From Macrostomum lignano (lineage: Eukaryota): a stretch of DNA of 64,000 nucleotides. The notes under the pieces are model-generated. The model saw only the letters and a list, made by a program, of their open reading frames with translations, had not been told where the DNA came from and ran no database searches. A program made the position numbers and the translations under genes. This document shows, one piece after another, positions 48,301 through 59,124 of the stretch. The stretch lies in assembly GCA_002269645.1 (NCBI GenBank), contig NIVC01001350.1, forward strand, positions 62,001 through 126,000, written 5' to 3'. The stretch's first letter is position 1, and each line of letters starts with the position of its first letter.

Positions 48301-51300
48301 GAACAAACCCAGATGTGTGTTAATTGTAGCGAACTTTTTGCACGAATCCTCCAGTTCCGGTTGTAAAAACGCTTGCGAAATATCCAATTTCGAGAAGACT
48401 CTTCCACCATTCAGAGTTGCGAAAATTTCTTCCGGTTTCGGCAGAGGGTACTTGTCAACCTCCAATTAAGGATTAACGGTTCTCTTGAAATCAGCGCAAA
48501 TCCTTACGGATTTTCCATCGCGCTTCAAAACTGGGACAATCGGAGATGCAAAGTCTGATGCGCTCACTTTTTTTATTATGCCTTGAGCTTGCAAATTCGC
48601 CAGCTCCTCTTCAATGAGGCTTTTGATCACAAATGGCACCGGTCGACTCTTGCAAAACTTTGGAATAAAGTTTTCTTTCAACAGTATTCTGGCCTTTAAC
48701 CCTTTGATAGTGCCAAGGCTTTCAGCAAACACTTGATCATACTTCTTCATTAATCGCTCGATAGGTGGAACCAACGTTGTTGTTTTCACATGGGCAAACT
48801 TGCTCCAGTCAGTTTTCAACAAAGAGAGCCAGTCCCGACCTAGAAGATTCACTCTGTCTCCCTTCACAACAAGCGCAGTTAGTTGATACTGTCTTTCCTG
48901 ATAGTTAGTTACGGTAACATTAGCTTCGCCCAGAACTGGTATGAGATGATCTGTGTAACTTGACAGTCTAACATTAGATTTAGACCACCTTAAGCCAAGT
49001 TTCTTGCCAGTATTTTCGTTAATAAGGGTCTTGTCTGCGCCAGTATCCAGTTGGAAATTTACAAAATGCCCATTTATATTTAACTCGCACATATACGGTG
49101 CTGATCCACTAAAGCCAGCCATTCCTGTAGCAAACACAGTCCTGATCTCGGAATGCTTGTCTCGACCACTGCAGTCCGAACCCTCACTTTCTGACTCACT
49201 GTCGAAATTCCGTGCGTAATGCACCTTACCGGACTTCCCACGTTTTGAAGAGTTGAATCGCTTTGACCTGCCACTTCCAGACTCTTTTGCCTTGTCCTTT
49301 GTACGGCATGCATCTTTAAGATGTCCTACTCGGCCGCATTTGCTGCACGTTTTATTCCTATTTGGACAGCTCCTTGCCCAATGATCCTTCGCGTTACAGC
49401 GGAAACATCCATCTTGGGCGCGGCTCCTTTTCCCATGTTGCGCTGCAGTTGATTGCTTGTTAATTTCCTTCGAGAAATTGACACTATGACCGACTCCTGT
49501 GGCGGAGGTGATAGTCACGACTCCTCGCTCTGCTGCTTCCATCGCAGTCGCTAGCGTTAGTGCACCCGACAGGGTCAGTGTCTCTTCTTGTAGCAATCGC
49601 TGCTGGACGAGCCTGTTCCTGAGGCCAACGACGAACCTGTCTCTCAGTGCCTCCTCCAGGAACTTGTCAAAACCACACGTGGCTGCCAACCTCCGCAGAC
49701 TTGCAACAAAGTCACTCACTGTTTCTCCTTCGAGTTGGACTCTGCTGTGGAAGTTGTACCGCTCGACGACAATCTTCGGCTTTGGGTTGAAGTGTTCCCT
49801 CAGCGTCTTTACTTGTTCGTCGTACGCCACATCCTTTGGCTTCTTAGGCGATAGCAGGTTGCGTAGCAATTGATAACAGTCATTACCAATCACTGTAATC
49901 AGATTTGCTCGCTTATGTGCCTCCTCGGTCACTTTGTTTACGACGAGAAACTGCTCGAGTCGTTCTTCATAAGCTTCCCATTGATCCGGTTTAGCCACGT
50001 CGAACTCTCCGATTTTTACACTCGTCGCCATTGTTATGTCTTCTTCTCCGACGTGGAGCTGCTACATTTAAGTAAGAAGACAATGGTTCGCTTAAGCGGT
50101 TCGAGCTATCGTTTTGCTCCGGTTGATACAAACTCCTCTTGGGATTCATCTTGTAACTACTTTATTATAAAATAATGGGTTGTGCACTAGACAACAAAAC
50201 ATTGGGCTGGGCATACTCTGTGTCTTCTCTGCTAATATACAACATATATAGTATTGGTATCTTAGTCTATCTATTGATAAAGCTTCTAGTCTTAGCATTG
50301 TATTAAACCATTGCAGTTACCTTATTGGGTATTAGTGCAATTCTTCAAATAGTAGAACATTGGCTAGGCTTATTAGTATTGTATCCAATTAAGTCTAATA
50401 AGCAAGTATTGTTCTAAGCTATAAAAGTCTCATTGCTACTCATTGCATATTTGTTAAAGTTAGTATATTAGGTTATAATAAGCTAATAAAGATGGTATGA
50501 GCTACTGGGCATCCTTGATGCTATGCTAGTGGTTATTAGGGCTGCTATGGTCTTCATCATCTTGCAAAAAGCTAAATATTAAGTGTCTTATAAAAGCATC
50601 TGGCAGCTAGATTACTTTTTGCATCTTGGCTATAGGCATTTCTGACTAGCATATTAGTCGCTTGGGTAGCCTGAGATGGCAACAAAGCTACCCCTATTCT
50701 CTGGTATTGACTCATCTACGCCATGGTATCCTACATGGCATTATCCTACATTAGGCTCATTCCACTCGCCTCTGAATATGTACACATTGTGCCTTGGGGT
50801 TGGCAATAATAACCAAGGATTGCACTGAGCCTCAGGCCAATTCTTGTGCATAAGTCCCAGGGTAGCATGACATGATGACAGACCAGCTCCTGACATTCTG
50901 ACACACCCAGGTGGAGGCAGCTCTGGAGCTGGACAAGGACAACGCCGAGCTGCTGGCTCTGAAGACCGAACTGGACGAGATCATCGGCCTGACGCTGCAG
51001 CTACTCGGCCGGGATCCCAGCGAAGCCGTCGAAGTTGGCGAAGCGTTCGGCTGGAAGGTCGGCGACCACTGCTCCGCCCTGTGGGCCCGCGACCGCCAGT
51101 ATTACCCGGCTGTGATCACCGAGGTTCGCCGGGACGGCACCTGCTTTGTGTCATTTGCCCACCTGCCCTCTGGCAGCCACGCCGAACAGTGCCAGGTAAT
51201 TGTTCTGGGTTTTACAATTCAATTTACCTGCTGTGACCATCAACTCTGTCCTTTGTGATCAACTCTGTCATCTGTGACTGTCACCTCTTAGTCACCTGAT

Positions 51301-52755
51301 GTCTGTCACCTCAATTAGTCATCTGTGACTGTCACCTCTCAATTAGTGACCTGCTGTGACTGTCACCTCAATTAGTCATCTGTGACTGTCACCTCTCAAT
51401 TAGTGACCTGCTGTGACTGTCACCTCAATTAGTCATCTGTGACTGTCACCTCTCAATTAGTGACCTGCTGTGACTGTCACCTCAATTAGTCATCTGTGAC
51501 TGTCACCTCTCAATTAGTGACCTGCTGTGACTGTCACCTCAATTAGTCATCTGTGACTGTCACCTCTCAATTAGTGACCTGCTGTGACTGCTGACTCTCC
51601 CCAACCCTCAGGTCAGCCTGTTGAAGCCGCTCGCAGACGGAGCCAAGCCGGGAGCCGACGTGCACGGCTCCGAGTCCGGCGCCGCCTCCCTCACAGCGCA
51701 GGGCAGCAACGCGCAGGCAGCTAAGAAGCGACGCCGAGAGGAGCGGACGAAGGCGCTGGAGGCCAAGATGCGCAAAGTGGCCAAGCGGGCCGAGAGGGAG
51801 AAAGAGATGGAGGCCGTTGTCGAGCAGGAGAAAAAGTCCTGGCAGAGCTTCTCTAAGAAGATTAAAAAACAGGTGAGTTGGCTGCTGTCGCTTCCGCTCG
51901 GCTGCTCTGCATGACTCTGCCCTCCGTCCTTGACTCTCCCCTCTGACCCCTGACTCCCCCTCAGTCCCTGACTCTCCCTTCTGACCCCTGACTCCCCCTC
52001 AGTCCCTGACTCTCCCTTCTGACCCCTGACTCCCCCTCAGTCTCTGACTCTCCCTTCTTACCCTGACTCCCCCTCAGTCCCTGACTCTCCCTTCTGACCC
52101 CTGACTCCCCCTCAGTCCCTGACTCTCCCCTCTGACCCTGACTCCCCCTCAGTCCCTGACTCTCCCTTCTGACCCTGACTCTCCCCCCTTTATCTGACTC
52201 TCCCCTCTGACCCTGACTCTCCCTTTTCCCTGACTCTCCGCCTCTGTCCCTGACTCTCCCTTTTCCCTGACTCTCCCCTCTGACCCTGACTCTCCCCTCT
52301 GTCCCTGACTCTCCGCATCTGAACCTGGCACTCCCATCTGACCCTAACTCTCTCCCTTTCCCTGACTCCCCTCTGACCCTGACTCTCCCTTTTCTCTGAC
52401 TCTCCGCCTCTGCCCCTGACTCTCCCATCTGACCCTGACTGTCGCGGGTCACCCTCTATCCTTGACTCTCCCTGTTTCCCTGACTCTCCCTGTTTCCCTG
52501 ACTCTCCATAGTCTCATGCCACACCTCGCCCGCCCGCCGAATGGCCAGGGCCGCATCGGCAAGAGCATCTTCGCCACGCCCGGGCCGGACAACCCGAAGG
52601 GCCGCGTTGGCGTCGGCACCTGCGGCATCGCTGGCAAAGGCATGACGCCGTTCGCGGCGCCTCAGTACCGACCGCCTGGGGCCAGCGGCGGCGGGGCGGG
52701 CGGCAGCGGCGCGGGCTACCATCATCATCAGTATCCGCCATCGACTACAAACTGA
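42311..52755 (+). CDS. SMNDC1: Survival motor neuron domain-containing 1 / SPF30 (Tudor splicing factor)
   Basis: Exons 42311-42364 (MSDDNEQNLLNYKLQLQQ), 50911-51195 (VEAAL...WKVGDHCSALWARDRQYYPAVI, Tudor), 51612-51872, and 52549-52755 (GRIGKSIFATP...GRVGVGTCGIAGKGMT). The last acceptor was chosen by phase and homology. Confidence 0.9.
42687..43215. mobile_element. MITE-like element with GTTGAC subterminal repeats
   Basis: TATGTACA...GAATTTTCGTCAACATTTTTTTCG at the left end is mirrored by GTTGACGAAAAAAGTTGACGAAAATTC...TGTACATA at the right end. Confidence 0.6.
43230..43436 (-). mobile_element. Probable tRNA-derived SINE
   Basis: The minus strand has A-box-like TAGCCCAGCAG and B-box GGCTCGATTCC; body motif CACTGCGCCTTGGGGGTTGGC (43278) recurs at 50785. 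Confidence 0.45.
43757..44491. mobile_element. Non-autonomous DNA transposon (735 bp)
   Basis: 19-bp TIR TGGCTACCAGTCACTTTGG / CCAAAGTGACTAGTAGCCA (1 mismatch); TTCAGCT flanks both ends (7-bp TSD). Confidence 0.8.
45656..47728. mobile_element. Non-autonomous DNA transposon with CCC termini (CMC/EnSpm-like or hAT-like), 2073 bp
   Basis: 31-bp TIR CCCGCCTGGCTGTCGTAATCCGGTTTTCATC / GATGAAAACCGGATTACGACAGCCAGGCGGG; dense subterminal CCGGA motifs; flanks TTAATGTC / TCAATGTC (either a 2-bp TC or an 8-bp TSD); internal 61-bp tandem repeat at 47289-47500. Confidence 0.85.
47948..50244 (-). mobile_element. Internally deleted Ty3/Gypsy LTR retrotransposon (gag-protease-partial RT)
   Basis: 213-bp TG..CA LTRs at 47948-48160 and 50032-50244 (3 differences seen); TATAT TSD; PBS TGGCGACGAG next to the 5' LTR; PPT AAAAGGGGGAA before the 3' LTR. 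ORF 48466-50031 has two CCHC knuckles, protease LDTGA and the RT start; an in-frame stop follows, then RT to APAQFQ; RNase H and integrase are absent. Confidence 0.97.
51270..51590. repeat. Minisatellite, 57-bp composite unit x5 (SMNDC1 intron 2)
   Basis: GTCACCTCAATTAGTCATCTGTGACT+GTCACCTCTCAATTAGTGACCTGCTGTGACT, starting at 51305, 51362, 51419 and onward. Confidence 0.92.
51912..52510. repeat. CTGACTCTCC/CTGACCC-based minisatellite (SMNDC1 intron 3)
   Basis: Repeated 10/20-bp modules; they produce spurious RESQG ORFs on the minus strand. Confidence 0.9.
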
Positions 52756-53299
52756 ATTGCGGTGATATAGTTGCATTGATCCCAATGATTTATGATGATT
52801 TATTTGTCTATAGTTGTTAATTGTGTCCTACAATGGCTACTTAAAGTACTCAACCCGATTTTCCTTTCTAGGAAAATCTATGGTAATATCGATATGATAT
52901 AAGAATTCTATGAGTATTGAAGGCCGACTAAACGTTTTCATAGTTCTCATCAAAAGGTTTGAAATGCCAGCCTTAAAAAATTCCTAGAAATGACGTGTTT
53001 CTCCAAACATGTCGATGTGGTTCCTCATTGCTACAATGTGCATATGCAAATTGAAGCCAAGCATTTGTATAGCGGAACTGACCTTTGTTGTCTTATTCTC
53101 TTACCGTTGTGTTGCTCACTGCTGCGTGACTAGTTTGTTTTTTGTAATTTCCTGCTAAATATAATGAAATGTAAGTGCGTTGGTATGCTACTCATAAGTA
53201 ATACTGTTCGTAAGTACTGTACATAGGTTTTTGGCTTTGGATTCAAAGTTTTTTAGATGGATACTAACAGAGCGTTTAGAGCACTCAGATGCTGTAAAA

Positions 53300-53638
53300 G
53301 GCATCCATCCAGCTACATCTCGGGCACAGAATCCAGGACAGCAGCTAGGTCTCAGGCACAGCATCCAGGGAAGCAGCTAGATCTCAGGCACAGAATCCAG
53401 GGCAGCAGCTAGATCTCAGGCACAGCATCCAGGACAGCAGCTAGATCTCAGGCACAGCATCCAGGGCAGCAGCTACATCTCAGGCGCAGCATCCAGGGCA
53501 GCAGCTAGATCTCAGGCACAGCATCCAAGGCAGGAGCTAGATCTCAGGCACAGCATCCAGGGCAGCAGCTAGATCTCAGGCGCAGCATCCAGGGCAGCAG
53601 CTAGATCTCAGGCGCAGCATCCAGGGCAGCAGCTAGAT
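53300..53638. repeat. Minisatellite, 32-bp unit, about 10 copies
   Basis: GCAGCTAGATCTCAGGCACAGCATCCAGGGCA at 53341, 53373, 53405 and onward. Confidence 0.93.
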
Positions 53639-53654
53639 CCCTTCCTGCCATCCC

Positions 53655-54236
53655 ATGCAGTCGGCCCGGGATTTCTTTCGCGAAGCCCGGCAGCCCCTTC
53701 GCAGTCTCGCCCAGCAATACGGCCAGTCCCGCGCCCAGCTCGTCACCGAGTGTCGCCGACTCAATCGCGTCAATCGCCGTTGGCTTCGCCTTCGGGCCGC
53801 CGCAGCCTCGCCGTCCAATCCCGCGGTTGCCGAGGAGGCCCAGCTGGTCGAGCGAACGGAGCTCGAACTCGAACGCGAGTTCTTCGACCGCCTGCTGGCC
53901 TGCAATCGGGTTCTGCTGCGCCTGACCGAGCTAGGTCGCGAGTTCGAGCGCCAGCTGTTTGAACCGGCGCGTCGACTGATTTCAAGTTTGCCTAGCAACC
54001 AAGTGGTTGCGTTGACAACTAGTGCAGTCTGGGAAAATCCCGTACAAGTGTGCTTGGGCTTCGATTCACTGGAGCGGTTGCTTAGCAACGATTTGGACTC
54101 GCTGACTTGTTGCCTTGGCAACCGGTTGCTAACCAGCGACCCGCCTGTAGCAGCGGGCCTACGCGACCTCATTGCAGACAAGGACTCGGTGGAGGACTTC
54201 TACCGCAGAGAGCTGGTTCACCTGTGGCGAGCCTGA
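53655..54236 (+). CDS. Hypothetical helical/coiled-coil protein, 193 aa (the 5' end may be incomplete)
   Basis: GC- and CpG-rich open frame like the neighbouring exons; L/E/R-rich heptad-like sequence; family not recognised. Confidence 0.55.
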   Translation: MQSARDFFREARQPLRSLAQQYGQSRAQLVTECRRLNRVNRRWLRLRAAAASPSNPAVAEEAQLVERTELELEREFFDRLLACNRVLLRLTELGREFERQLFEPARRLISSLPSNQVVALTTSAVWENPVQVCLGFDSLERLLSNDLDSLTCCLGNRLLTSDPPVAAGLRDLIADKDSVEDFYRRELVHLWRA

Positions 54237-54249
54237 CATCATCGTGGTG

Positions 54250-56487
54250 ATGATGGAGGAGGCTGGTCAGTGTAACGATGCTGGCGGCGACCCTTTGAAG
54301 TTGGCCTTCAAGCGTTACCGCGCGATGAACTACGCGCAATTTCGCGACTGCGCGGAACGGGCGGCCGCCATCAAGGCGGTCAGGTTCCAGGTGCCGCGGC
54401 CGCAGTCGTCTGACGCTTCGCTGAAGGAATTTATTGAGGTTGGGGAGCTATTTGCTATATAGCTTACTATAAGTAGCGCGTAAACTGCTGTTTCTCAGAA
54501 AACTTCGTGTTTATTACAAAATTATCCTGTTTCTTGGAATCTCGTGTCTTTTCGAAATTGTCCTTTCTCAGAAATCATTAGATGTCTTCGAAATTCCTTT
54601 TGAAAAATCTTCCCCTAAAAGAAGAGAGCAAAGCCGCGCTAAAAAAGAGCCGCTGTCCCTCCGCTCCCGCATCTGCAGGTGCTGCAGTACCCCAACGGTT
54701 TCTACTGCCTGCCCAATCCGTTTCTGCCGCCGGCCCGTTCTGACGCCGCCGACCTTCCGACCCGCCTGGCCGCCGACGCTGTTCGCCGCTGGCCCGGCCG
54801 GGGTCGTCCAGCCGACGCCGGTGCCATCGACGACGACTTGGACTGCGAGCGGCGCCGGACCAACTTGGACATCGAGCCTGACAGGCCGGCACTGCTATTC
54901 GATGACGCAATCAAATTCGTTGACGAACCAGACGATCGGCTGTTCGCCTCCAGCTGGTTGTACAAGCTGCGATGGACGACGCTGGGTGCGCAGTACAACT
55001 GGACGGCGAGGAGATACAGAGTGCCGCAGGCTGACGACGCCGGCTGGGAGCCGCCACAGATTCCCGGCTGTCTGGCTGACCTGGCAGCTCAGCTCTGCGA
55101 CCTCACTGGTGAGCGACTCTATTGAGAGATCCCAATTGATTTCCAGGTCGATTCTAATTGGGAGATCCCAATTGATTTCCGGGTAGATTCTAATTGGGAG
55201 ATCCCAATTGATTTCCGGGTAGATTCTAATTGGGAGATCCCAATTGATTTCCGGGTAGATTCTAATTGGGAGATCCCAATTGATTTCCGGGTAGATTCTG
55301 TTGGGAAATACCAATAAACTACCTAGAAAGCTATTCTGGGATCCCTGCGAATATTTTCTGTTTACTTATAGATTCGTTTCCAGAAATGTGATTCGAACTC
55401 TCTATTGGCCAGGAGCAAGGACCTCAACTCTGGAATTACACACCTTCACTTCGGTGCCTACCACAATTGACTTCATACCCTAACCTAAATCCTAACTTTA
55501 ACTTAAACCCTAGCCTAAACCCTAACCTGAACCCTAGCCTGAACCCTAACCTAAACCCTAACCTGAACCCTAGCCTGAACCCTAACCTAAACCCTAGCCT
55601 AAACCCGAGCCTGAACCCTAGCCTAAACCCTAACCTAAACCCTAACCTGAACCCTAGCCTGAACCCTAACCTAAACCCTAACCTGAACCCTAACCTGAAA
55701 CCTAGCCTGAACCCTAACCTAAACCCTAACCTGAACCCTAACCTAAACCCTAGCCTGAACCCTAACCTGAAACCTAGCCTGAACCCTAACCTAAACCCTA
55801 ACCTGAAACCTAGCCTGAACCCTAACCTAAACCCTAACCTGAACCCTAACCTAAACCCTAGCCTGAACCCTAACCTGAACCCTAATCCGAATGGCAGTGA
55901 GTTATCGTACTCTCATTCGCTCAAAATTCTCTCCTTGCTACTCTTCAGTAGGCAATCTCGCTTATAATCCCCCAGGCGCCTGGACCGGGCGGCGGTACGC
56001 AGCCCAGGCGGGCATTGTGAACTACTACCACCCCGGCCACAGCATGTGCTTCCACCTGGACACCGCCGAGCCCTACATGGCGGCTCCCCTGGTCAGCCTG
56101 AGCGTCGGCCTATCCGCCGCTTACCTGCTGGCCGGTCCCGACCGGCTCTGTCCGGAGTCTCTGGCGCCAATCCCGGTGCTGCTCGGACACGGAGACGTGA
56201 TCGTGATGACCGGCCAGTCCAGGCAGTTCTACCACTCTGTGGCCAGGGTGTTTCCCGGCACTTCTGGCCGTGCGGCCGGACCCGACTGCTGCTGCTGCTG
56301 CGACGAGGATCGAAGCGGTGCCGAAAGTGGGGCTGCGGCCTGCTCACAGACTGAGCAGTGCCGCCTGATGCGGCGCTACCTGCGGCTGACTCGGGTTAAT
56401 ATCAATGTGCGCCAGCTGCTGCAGCCGGGGCAGGGCTGGCAGTGCCTGAGGGACTGGACTGCGGGGGAGGCTGAGAAAGCCGAGTGA
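54250..56487 (+). CDS. ALKBH1: AlkB homolog 1 (Fe(II)/2OG nucleic-acid dioxygenase)
   Basis: Exons 54250-54438 ([11 protein letters not shown]), 54679-55108 ([27 protein letters not shown]), 55976-56487 (AGIVNYY, FHLD Hx[13 protein letters not shown]); GT-AG introns with phases 0 and 1 consistent. Confidence 0.92.
55125..55300. repeat. Minisatellite, 36-bp unit x5 (ALKBH1 intron 2)
   Basis: GATCCCAATTGATTTCCGGGTAGATTCTAATTGGGA repeated. Confidence 0.92.
55487..55889. repeat. Telomere-like 12-bp minisatellite (AACCCTAACCTA / AACCCTAGCCTG), ALKBH1 intron 2
   Basis: About 33 units of degenerate CCCTAA-derived 12-mers. Confidence 0.92.
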
Positions 56488-56584
56488 CTCGCTCGATGGG
56501 GGGCGAGGAGGCTGGGAATCGAAATTCAGGCTTTTGTTAGGTTGTTATGAGAGAAATAAACTAGAAGGGAATTGGGGATCGGGT

Positions 56585-56700
56585 GACTCAAAGGGGAATT
56601 CAAGAATCAGTCTGAAGGGAATTAAGAGACTCAGTCTGAGGGGAATTTGAGAATCAGTCTGAGGGGAATTCAAGAATCAGTCTGAGGGGAATTCAAGAAT
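56585..56700. repeat. Short tandem repeat, 23-bp unit
   Basis: GAATCAGTCTGAGGGGAATTCAA x4-5. Confidence 0.8.
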
Positions 56701-57659
56701 CTCTCTAAGAAGAATCGGGGAAATTAGACATAGGAGAATAAGGGAATCAGGCTGCGAGATTCTTTATGATTTGTTCGCCGATTTCGTGCTCCATCAACTA
56801 TATTTTCATATTGTTTCACGTGATTCATGACTTTGACGTACTGAAAGTACATTAATAAACTGAAACCTGGTGTTAATGCTGTATACACAAACGATGCCAT
56901 TTTTCGGCTTGAGCTTTCTTCTCCTTTGTGTTCAACGCAGGGACAGGTAATAAATTGCTGCCGGTCCCGGCTTGGCTAATTTAATTCTGACCAATTAGAA
57001 ACGGTTGTAAAGAGGTCGAGATGACAGTTTTTTAAAAATTGTCCATTTCAAGTCTCTCTTAGGAGGCTGCATGACAGGCCCACTTTGTCGCCCGGAGTTT
57101 TGAAGCGTCGCATCTTGCGAGCCACTTGTGGAATAAATCTGCGCGACTCTGAGAGAGTCAGCCAATGCCGCTCACTGTGTCCAGCTTCATCAGAATCAGC
57201 ATCCCTCATGTTCACCAAATATCCTCTAGCTTGTACATGCTGACTTCAAGTGGGCGTCGCGTCCGTCCCGTGTCGTGTGGCTGGCAATATTTGAGTGGAA
57301 CAAAGTCTCCTGCGACAATTGCTGCTTCCGCGCTGAAGCAGAGAAAGGCTTGTGAACCTCTGTCAGCTGAACTGAATTAAACGGCTGGTTGCGCAAGCCG
57401 CCGTCCCCCGGCGAGGCACATGGCGAAAATTTTTTGTTCAAAAAGTCGCGCGACCTCTGCTTGTGCCGAGTGAATCCAGGTGTTCGCCGAAGTTGCAGTT
57501 GCTTCTGTAGCCAGTTGGTTTCTTCTGGATTGCTTCTGGATTGAGCCCAGCCTACCAAGATCCAGCACCTGTCTGACACTTCACCGCGTCTTAACTTTAT
57601 TAACTTGCTTGGGAGGCCTTGGCGGCAGCACCTGCCTGCTGGCATAGTGGAACACAGAT

Positions 57660-59100
57660 TGTCTCTCCTACCCTCCCTCTACATACTACTCTCCCCCTCC
57701 TACCCTCTCTCTACTACTCCCCCTCCTACCCTCCCTTTACTACTCTCCCCCTCCTACCCTCCCTCTACTACTCTCCCCCTCCTACCCTCCCTCTACTACT
57801 CTCCCCTCCTACCCTCCCTCTACTACTCTCCCCCTCCTACCCTCCCTCTACTACTCTCCCCCTCCTACCCTCCCTCTACTACTCTCCCCCTCCTACCCTC
57901 CCTCTACTACTCTCCCCCTCCTACCCTCCCTCTACTACTCTCCCCTCCTACCCTCCCTCTACTACTCTCCCCCTCCTACCCTCCCTCTACTACTCTCCCC
58001 TCCTACCCTCCCTCTACTACTCTCCCCCTCCTACCCTCCCTCTACTACTCTCCCCCCCTACCCTCCCTCTACTACTCTCCCCCCTCCTACCCTCCCTCTA
58101 CTACTCTCCCCTCCTTGTTGCCAATAAAGCGGGCTGTGATTCAGCTATCGGAAGGCAAAGAGAAGGTCTTCCATATTGTAGCAGCAAGTCTGCCTGCGTT
58201 AGGCTTGTCTGGAATTCCTCTGTTCCAGGCTCTTATATTTCTCAGTTGCGGGCTTGGCTCTCAGCATGAAATAAAATACAGTAAATACAAAATATATCGC
58301 ATTCTATGACATAGACAGAAACACGCACACACACAGTCTTTGCTTGACTGCTAACCTTGAGGCTAGAGTCGAAAATAAAATGATAGAGTGCGCAGTCTCA
58401 GTCACAGTCGCACACTCCTACCCTCCCTCTCCTACTCTCCCCTCCTACTCCCCTCCTACTCTCCCCTCCTAATCTCCCTCTCCTACTCTCCTCCTCCTAC
58501 TCTCCCCCTCCTACCCTCCCCCTCCTACTCTCCCCTCCTATCCTCCCTCTCCTACTCTCCCCCTCCTACCGTCCCTCTACTACTCTCCCCCCTCCTACCC
58601 TCCCTCTCCTACTCTCCCCCTCCTACCCTCCCTCTCCTACTCTCCCCCTCCTACCCTCTCTCTCCTACTCTCCCCCTCCTACCCTCCCTCTCCTACTCTC
58701 CTACCCTCCCTCTACTACTCTCCCCCTCCTAATCTCCCTCTCCTACTCTCCTCCTACCCTCCCTCTACTACTCTCCCCCTCCTAATATCCCTCTCTTACT
58801 CTCCTCCTCCTAATCTCCCTCTCCTACTCTCCCCCTCCTACCCTCCCTCTACTACTCTCCCCCTCCTACCCTCCCTCTACTACTCTCCTCCTCCTACCCT
58901 TCCTCTACTACTCTCCCCCTCCTACCCTCCCTCTCCTACTCTCCTACTCGCCATCTCCTACTCTCCTCTCTTACTCTCCCTATCCTACTTTCCCTCTCCT
59001 GCTCTCCCTCTCTTACTCTGCCTTCTCTACTCTCCCTCTCCTACTCTGCCTCCTGCTCTCCTCATCGGCTCCTATCTCGTTACTCTTCCTCTCTTCCCAA
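57660..59100. repeat. Two blocks of CT-rich minisatellite (about 26-28 bp unit)
   Basis: CTACTACTCTCCCCCTCCTACCCTCCCT arrays at about 57660-58095 and 58410-59100. Confidence 0.92.
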
Positions 59101-59124
59101 GCAGTATTCCCTACCTCTTCCCCC

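Noticed and set aside
20993-48468. Alternative genetic code (TAA/TAG = Gln) to explain the in-frame stops in ankyrin A, ankyrin E and the LTR pol
   Set aside because: The Gln-rich 953-aa formin and the other conserved genes contain no internal TAA/TAG, and intact genes end in TAA; C-to-T changes in CAA/CAG codons explain the stops.
55467-55967. NPNL-repeat ORF, or a true telomere
   Set aside because: It is a translation of a degenerate 12-bp repeat lying inside ALKBH1 intron 2, not a chromosome end.
57605-58732. Extensin-like YYSPPP ORFs; also the RESQG ORFs (51961-52452) and HRYRIII ORF (63043-63432)
   Set aside because: Translations of minisatellites with no splice or context support.
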